NCBI GenBank assembly: GCA_951406725.2
Contig: OX597822.1
Coordinates: 104,656,001 to 104,720,000 of the forward strand
DNA length: 64,000 bases
Direction of reading: 5' to 3'
Source of the DNA: Octopus vulgaris
Taxonomy: Eukaryota
Shown here: positions 55,763-64,000 of the stretch, one piece after another
Position numbering within the stretch: the first letter of the stretch is position 1
Layout: each line of letters opens with the position of its first letter
Notes under the pieces: model-generated
What the model was told of the DNA's origin: nothing
The model's input: only the letters and a program-made list of their open reading frames with translations
Databases searched by the model: none
Made by a program: the position numbers and the translations under genes

Positions 55763-58010
55763 TATTTCAAAACATTTGCCATAAAGGCAGTACACAGATT
55801 AAGTTAGCTTTGCGGGCTGGACGAGGACATTAATGAGGTGAATGATAATGAAAGAAAGATGATAAGGATGGGAGAAGACAAAAAGCGCCCGCCGACTTTC
55901 GCTTCTCTAAAACATTGTTCTTTTTAAAGATAAACACAAAACGAGGTATTAAACCTCTTACAATTTTTCCAATTTTTGGACTTATCAGTCCATTATTAAT
56001 ACAAAACGAGGTATTAATCCTCTTACAATTTTTCAATTTTTGGACTTAAGTCCATTACTAATAATAACAGTTCAATAATTACATATCGTCCTCGAAATAG
56101 CTTGTGCCCGCGCCCTCCACCATCAACCACGCCTCCCTCAGAACGTAGTCAAGTTCCGAGTTCGCGTCGACCGGGACCAAGTTATAATCTTCATTGAGCT
56201 CCTTTAGCCCAAGCGTCACGTCGAACGCCATGGCCTCCACAGCTACCTGCGGAGGCCATTCGGGGTCCTGTGTGAAGGCTAAAGGTGCTCCCTTGTAGTG
56301 CTCTTCCATCACTTTTTCAATTTCTCCTCCTCTATAGAAGAGGACCAATACGTTCAGTTCTTTCGTTGGCGGCACAGTTTCCGCCAACGGTATTCCTTCT
56401 CTTGTCGGTGGCACAACCCCAACCGACGGTTCCGGGACATTCCGGTGCTACACTGACAGCCGGTAATGTCCCGTTTTTCTTCCTCTTTTTCTTTTTTTCC
56501 CTTTGCAACTGAGGGAGGGTGCGTCTCCTCCGTGGCTGGAAGATTCGCCTTCCTCTCCTCATCCCTATTATCCTTTGGTGAGCACCCATTGTTGCTCACC
56601 TTCCTCTTTCGGCCTCTGTTTGAGGAGTCCTCTGCTTTCTCGGCCGTTATCGTTCCCTCTTCTAGAGGGGTTTTACTTAACTGTTCCGGGATCCTATTTT
56701 GTTCCCGAGGACAGTTCTTCTTTATGTGGCCGGACTCCAAGCACCGATGACACTTAGGGGGCGACCCTCAAGCATCACCGAGTACCTGCACCCGGCCATT
56801 TTCAAAAATTCTGGAAGAACCAGATTGGCTGATTGGGTCCACAGGGTCAAAATTGCTTTTGACCCAACCCAAGCAGGCACAGGAAGAACTTTTAAATTGA
56901 GGAGCTTAGTTTCGCTGTCACCCAGACCCCGGCGGATAGTCTCCTCTATCCACTCGGGTTCTATGTCGGGTGGCAGTCCGCAAATCCAAGCTTTCATCAA
57001 TTTCTTTTTTTGTACGTGGGCAGGAATAAGATTTCCTTACCCTCCAGGGGTTTGCTAGCAAATTTGCAAGCCTCTTCAGGGGTGTCAAATAGCAACCACA
57101 CCGTTGCATATTTGACACCCCTGGAAATGAATTTAATTGTTGGCAAATACTCTTCCAACTCCTTTTCAATTGCCGTCTTTTCGAATAGGGCGATGGTGTC
57201 AAGTGCCTTGGAGTAGGTTCTCAACACCACCGTCCTATCTTCACGGTCTTTTAACCACCTTTTAGGTGGTATGATTTCCCACTCCAAAATTTTGTTATTT
57301 TTCATTGCCATGTTTTTTTTTTTTAAATATTCAAATTAAACTCAAAAGCAGGAAGAAAAAAAAAGTCCAAATAAACTTTGATAGAATTTTGAAAAAACAA
57401 AAAAGGAGAAAGCACAACAGAAGGGAGGAAATTAACGGAAAGTCGCAATAAAGAAAAAAAAAACAAAAGAGGGGGTTAAATGAAGTTCAAAAGAAAGTTA
57501 ATAAACAGAAAAAAAACACAGCAAAAATATTCTGGCCTTGCGGTACTCCCGGCCTGGGTTGAACCTGGAACGCCGCAACTGCAACACAACCTCCACAAAA
57601 ATGGGTCCGAAAGGTAATCCAATAGTGGCTTATTTTTATAATTTTCTTGCGAAGTACTCTGACAAGGGAATAAATTCAACAAACCCAAACACAGCACTGG
57701 CTATCGCCAACAGTAATTTTAACAGTAACTGTATTGAATTCTGAGGATACGCCCCTCCACTGTTTTTCTTTTTTTTTTTCAATGAACACAAAAACGGCAG
57801 CCGCCGAGAGCAGGCGAAATTGTCTCAGAGTTGGACACAACTTACTGAAATAATAATTGGCACGCAATAAATTGTGCCCAACTCACAATAAACAAAATCA
57901 CTTACCTCGACAACTTTCCGTTTTTGGTCTTTTTTCTTTAATTGGACGGAGCTGATTGACTCGCGTCCACTCTGGCTGAACGGGAAGCAACTGACTAATT
58001 GCGCATGTGC
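55763..58010 (-). mobile_element. ORF1-only (HAL1-like) non-LTR retroelement, Tx1-like ORF1
   Basis: Perfect 15-bp TSD GTTAGCAAGCTACTT (55748-55762, 58011-58025); ~700-bp 5' UTR; one disrupted ORF; ends at AATAAA. Confidence 0.8.
56079..57311 (-). CDS. Tx1/L1-group ORF1p-like nucleic-acid-binding protein (about 410 aa, at least 3 frameshifts)
   Basis: Consecutive ORFs 56997..57311, 56722..57000, 56354..56740 and 56079..56414; RRM-like N-terminus, AWICGLPPDI and EGRP(P)KCHRCLESGHIKKNCP (CX2CX4HX4C). Confidence 0.75.
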
Positions 58011-58047
58011 GTTAGCAAGCTACTTACCACACAGCAACTTCTGCGCA
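58011..58047 (-). mobile_element. SINE family C, 5' head remnant
   Basis: Reverse complement reads GCGCAGAAGTTGCTGTGTGGTAAGTAGCTTGCTAAC. Confidence 0.85.
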
Positions 58048-58055
58048 TATATATA

Positions 58056-58091
<36 letters not shown>

Positions 58092-58649
58092 AGTTTCTTT
58101 CAGAATAAGTAGCAGTGCCTGCAGAATTTGAAAGCCTTGGGAGACACGTGACATATTTGATGCCGTAAAAATTTTGCTAAAAGTGCGGTAAAATCGTATG
58201 CGAAATCTGTGAGTGGTTGTATATATTGGTGATGAGACGATGGAAACTGAGCAAGACGAGTGTAGTTGAGTGGAGGTAGAGACCAGCGAACCCAAATTGC
58301 AAAGGCAGTTGTAATGGCAGTAGAAGATACAGCATATCTGAAGGCCAGAGCAAGCAGCGTGCCTGCGAGTGACTTTATGAATCAATCGTACGTAATTTCT
58401 CACGAAGCTATCAACGATGCTTCCCTGTGTGGTAACATCAACGTTCATTGTGCAGCTCCCACCTGAGGGTGTCTGTACTTGTATATAAGTATATAAATGT
58501 GTGTTTGTGTGTGTTTTGGGGTATTCAATGCTTTTTATTACGCAGCGTCGTAAAGGAACGTTCCCTCTGACGTTATCCCGTAGCTAATGAGCACATTATC
58601 AAAACGCATAAATTAAGTGTGCCATTAGTAATATCTATCTACCTACCTC

Positions 58650-58765
<116 letters not shown>

Positions 58766-58773
58766 TCTGTCTG

Positions 58774-58826
<53 letters not shown>

Positions 58827-58851
58827 TTATCTCTCTCTCTCTCTCTCTCTC

Positions 58852-58892
<41 letters not shown>

Positions 58893-59073
58893 TAAATGTT
58901 AGGGTAGCAAAAATATTTAGAAAAATTCTTTGCTACCAGTGGTCTAGTGAGGAGGAATTATATATATATATATATACAGAGAGAAACATAAAGAGAGAAA
59001 AGAAAGAGATGGATATATATGTGTATATATATATATGTATGTATATATATATACAGAGAGAGAGACAGATAGG

Positions 59074-59157
<84 letters not shown>

Positions 59158-59651
59158 ACAGATACAAGCTATAATTATAACGGTATAGAATACGGAGACT
59201 CGTTCGTTCTCAAAATATATTTCCTCTTATTTTACAATTTATATTATGGTCTTAATGGCCTACACGTGTGTGGTTAGCTCAAAAACTAACCAAATGCATA
59301 CAACCTGCAGAAGCTGCACTAAAAAATCGTGGCAGGTTGCATCTGCATCTCCTCATAATCGGTACAGTGGAAATACGTGTAGATCCATAAGATCATTATA
59401 ATATGCTGTAAAAGATTGTAAGATGAGCAAATTTCCAAGTTCTATTTCGTGGTAATTATTGTTAATAGATTCTCCAGAAAATATTACTGTCCAGTGAAGC
59501 GAATACGGAATTACCCATCGGAGGAATTAACAAAGTGACTGGCAACTATTAATAGTCATAGACGTGAAATACTGATCGATGTTGTTAGCCATAACCTGGA
59601 GCATGACGGAGAGCCACCACGGTATCCACCATTATGATATAGCTCTCCAAA

Positions 59652-59759
<108 letters not shown>

Positions 59760-60863
59760 GTACTGACCCGTGATAGAAAGTTTAGCAAAAATGTACTCCT
59801 TCTGGTGAGAGATAAATATTATCCCTTTACACGTCACAATACATGTATTAAAGCGCTACTATTAGTTTCATATGTTGAGAAAACCCAAATATATACTTCA
59901 GGCGAAAACCGCATACCATAACGAGCTAAAGAAATTGGATAATAGAAGAAACGCGAAAAAATTGAAAACAGTAAAAATCCCAAACCGAAAAACGGAAAAC
60001 GAATATCAATCTAAACTGTAAAAAATCAAAAGGAGAAAGGTAAAAGAGCCATCCTCCCTTGACCTTAAATGAAAAGGCTTGAAAGATATCAAGTCAGTCA
60101 GAAATAGACGTAATTTTCCAATTCTTCAAAATATATTTATACATATGCATGCAACCACTGAATATTTCTGACCTGGGGTTCAATAGAGAGTTAGGGATCT
60201 TAGATCTGAACAGGATCTACACTCTTTCGGCCAAACAAAGTGTACATCCATGTAAACATCTAAATATTCAATTATAGAGAGATTAGAAGCTACTGTAATT
60301 TTAAGTCTTAATTGATTAAAGGTAGAACTTAGTTGCTTTCTAAGTCCATCAAAGGTGTGACCATCGCACCCATGGGAAACACCCTAACTGTCGTCACAGT
60401 ATAGGCCAAAGTCATGAGATGGGTATCTATATATCATTGTGTTTAATATAAATAAACCCACAAGATCACAGATGTCAGCACTATCATATGACCCCATAAA
60501 TACATCAAACAGTTCGTCACTAAGTGACTTATTACCCATACTAACCCTTTACTGAACAGTAGTGTTTTCCTCACATATCTGATAAAACGTAGGTCTATAG
60601 CATCAGTGATTTAGCATATGATTTAGCAAATTCAATAGCTTTAGCAAGCAGTGATCTAGATATAGAGGGATAAATGTCTATAATTTCAAACTGGGTAAAT
60701 TTAGCCTAATTCTTATTCTTGATATCATTAAACCAATCTGTTACAGTTATTCCATTGTTGAAGCCCAGTAATTTTCCCTCATTCTAATATTAATATTTTA
60801 GCTACTAGCCCAATTTGAGATCTCGCTGAGTTTAACATTCTACATGTAGGACTATCTTGAGAA

Positions 60864-61169
60864 TTGGTCTTATGCTCTTTTAAAGTAATAAACGCCTCTC
60901 TCTTAACTACTAAGTTGGCTAGCTACGTATGGACTTTGAAAGATAACGAAACACCGCATGTGATTAAATGGAAAGTAATTGAGAAATCCATACCTCATGT
61001 GAATGGATCGAATAAATGTAGACTTTGTTTGGCTGAAAAATCGCAGATTGTGTTTAAATCTAAAATTTCTAACACTCTATTGAACTCCAGCTCAGAAATT
61101 TTCAGTGGTTGCATGCATATGTACAAATATATCATGAAGAATTGGAAAATTACGTCTATTCTTGACTGA
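60864..61169 (+). pseudogene. C-terminal part of a PLE GIY-YIG endonuclease domain
   Basis: TKLASYVWTLKD..IKWKVIEK...CRLCLAEK..I...LLNSSSEIFSGCMH. Confidence 0.85.
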
Positions 61170-61358
61170 CTTGATATCTTTCTAGACTTATCTTTTAAGG
61201 TCTAAGTAGGATAGCGTTTTTACCTTTTTACTTTTTATCTTTTACACTTTAGTTTCTGTATTTCGTTACCGTCTTCTGCGTTTTCTATATGCGGTCTTCT
61301 CAATTTTTTCGCGTTTCTTCTATTAATCTATTTCTTTATTTCGCTAAGATATGCCGTC

Positions 61359-61413
61359 TGCGCCTGAAGTATATATCTGAGTTTTCTCAACATATGAAAC
61401 TATTAGTAGCGCA
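61359..61413 (+). ncRNA. Hammerhead-like motif in the PLE pLTR
   Basis: tgcgc-CTGAAG(T)A-[stem II]-GAAA-CTATTAGTA-gcgca; mirror copy on the minus strand at about 59852-59904. Confidence 0.62.
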
Positions 61414-61437
61414 TTAATACACGGATTGTGATGTTTA

Positions 61438-61490
<53 letters not shown>

Positions 61491-61509
61491 GTGTGTGTGT
61501 ATCTTTCTC

Positions 61510-61754
<245 letters not shown>

Positions 61755-61804
61755 TATGTATATATACATATATATATATATGTATGTGTGTGTGTGTGTG
61801 TGTA

Positions 61805-61842
<38 letters not shown>

Positions 61843-62011
61843 CATACACATATATATATATGTATATATATATATATACATTCCGTATATTTGTATGCAT
61901 ATCTTTATTTGATTATCTTCCTTCTTATCTATCTATCTAACTATATACGCGCACACAGACGCGCCTACACACACACACGTTCATGCACCCACATGCACAG
62001 ACAGACAAACA

Positions 62012-62052
<41 letters not shown>

Positions 62053-62636
62053 GTGAGCGATAAGAAGTGGGACAGCGACTGAAATATCGACGTATGTAAC
62101 GATAAAGAAGATACTTCCATACGACCCATTAAAAATATTCATCATTTACGCGGTACGTTTAATGCGTTATTAACGACGTAGGCAAACAAAAAAATTTCTA
62201 TACATCTAATACGTATGATCTGTAGATAATGTTGACGGTTTGAGATTTGCAGAAGAGTTAATTGTATAAGCAAGCGTAACCTCAAATTTATTTGTATTAA
62301 GATATATTTAAAATTTCCACCTGTTTTTGATTATTGTATTTGCTTCAGAATATTTGCGAAATGAGTGGGGTTAGAATACGGATTTTTATACCTTCTCAGT
62401 ATTTTCTTGCTTTATTTCTTCAATTAATTTATCGTAGTGTTAATGTCAATCAAATGGCGTTTATACAACTGACCCAGTTTTTAGTCAACAACATTTTCAT
62501 GTACGCTTCGTTGGTATCGTTATCTTCTTGTTCATATTCAAATTGCTTGTTTTTTTTTATTTCACATGTGTACCTCAGCTCCACATCAGAAAAGAGTGTT
62601 ATGTGTGCGTGCCAGTACATACATACATACGCATGT

Positions 62637-62674
<38 letters not shown>

Positions 62675-62688
62675 GTATATATATATAT

Positions 62689-62851
62689 ACATGTGATCAT
62701 ATACGCTAAACTCGTGACAATTACACCACACGCAAACATACACACACATAATATATTTTAAAAAAATTATGTGTGTATATGTGTGTGTTTGAGTGTATTT
62801 GTGTATGTTTGCGTGTGGTGTAATTGTCGCGAATTGAGCGTATATGATCAC

Positions 62852-62896
<45 letters not shown>

Positions 62897-63005
62897 GTTG
62901 TGTGTGTGTGTGTGTATTGGCACGCACACATAACACTATACATGTGATCATATACGCTCAACTCGCGACAATTACTCCACACTCAAGCATAAACACACAC
63001 TCAAG
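62689..63005. repeat. Palindromic MITE-like element, copy 2 plus one further arm
   Basis: CATGTGATCATATACGCT..ACTCG.GACAATTAC arms at 62689-62855 (inverted pair) and 62940-63005. Confidence 0.8.
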
Positions 63006-63616
63006 CACACACATACTCACACATATATATATATATTTAAACGTGTTTGTGTGCGCGTGCGTGTGCGTGCGTGTGTGTATATATACATAAACGTATATAT
63101 GTATAACTGCATATAGAGTGACAGAGCGATGGAAAGAACTGAGAGAGAATGGAGAACAGCAATGTAGCTTGCTTGAAACATCGTAGAATAAGTTGAGAAT
63201 TAGTGAGGTGTCGTAGGCGATAATAAAGCAAATGAAATACCAAAAGAAATATTTCAGTAATAAACATGTAAAATGTTACCTTGGACATATTTAATTGGTT
63301 TTCATATTTCCAATTAAACCTACCTTTTTTTTTTTTGCAGGAGCATTACTATACTAGAGATATATCTTACCTGTTTAGTTCATCTCATACATCGAATACT
63401 TGCTAGGGATATTTGCAATATCATATGTAATTGGTGAAGTACAGCATAATGACGAGTGTTGTATACCTCGGCTATCACAGACTGAATGAGATATATGTGT
63501 ACGAAGGGTAATTGGATCAACTATTTCGATGCTGGGTATCCATAGCTTTTATCGGCCATGGGCCTTCATTTAATTCAAGCTGGTTGTTAATTGCTGGCTT
63601 ATTTTCTGAGCAATAA

Positions 63617-63826
63617 GGCGGCGAGCTGGCAGAAACGTTAGCCGCATTTCGTCTGTCGTTACGTTCCGGGTTCAAATTCCGCTGAGGTCGACTTTGCCTT
63701 CCATCCTTTCGGGGTCGATAACTTAAGCACCAGTTACGCACTGGAGTCGATATAATCGACTTAATCCGTTTGTCTGTCCTTGTTTGTCCCCTCTGTGTTT
63801 AGCCTCTTTTGGGTAGTAAAGAAATA
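63617..63826 (+). mobile_element. SINE family A
   Basis: Consensus match with a small deletion in the head. Confidence 0.88.
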
Positions 63827-64000
63827 TATAACTTTCTGAACAAATAGATTCTTTATGTGCCAATTATCAATCTAGACTGTATGGTAACTGCGGCCTCTTC
63901 GTTTATATACTGTCGTTTCTGAGATGTTTCTTTGTTTATGTTTTGTTGCATGCGTTTCCATGGTCTTGGATTGAAATATGGTCGGATCCTACTACCATTA

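Larger units (their letters stand above)
59815..61440 (-). mobile_element. Decayed Penelope-like element with inverted pseudo-LTR
   Basis: Minus-strand RT motifs FTQFEIIDIYPSI, FDVFMGSYDSADICDLVGLFIL and GLYCDD (60380-60750); 59815-60240 is the reverse complement of about 61020-61440. Confidence 0.88.

Noticed and set aside
58100-58470. Short ORFs 58020..58448 and 58266..58466
   Set aside because: No recognisable domain, and they lie outside the TSD of the adjacent retroelement.

Overview
This is an AT-rich animal genomic window packed with microsatellites. Its SINE families and (TA)n/(AAT)n/(TATC)n content suggest an octopus or other cephalopod; that is an inference. I see no convincing host protein-coding gene, and nearly all listed ORFs are translated simple repeats. 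The recognisable content is mobile DNA: a decayed DD41D-type Tc1/mariner, a mariner fragment, three abundant tRNA-derived SINE families, five non-autonomous Helitrons, hAT and palindromic MITEs, RTE, CR1-like and R4/Dong LINE fragments, and a Penelope-like element (PLE) with an inverted pseudo-LTR. Three observations stand out. (1) A four-copy family joins a tRNA/Pol III head, an (AAT)n linker and a minimal type-I hammerhead ribozyme, and it inserts with PLE-style 5' inverted ends; it is a candidate Penelope-mobilised SINE. (2) A 2.25-kb TSD-flanked retroelement encodes only a Tx1-like ORF1p with a CCHC knuckle and no RT, and sits inside a SINE tRNA head. (3) Several other hammerhead-bearing short elements are present, including one family with a variant CUGUGGA core. 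Coordinates were read by eye and family names are not database-verified.
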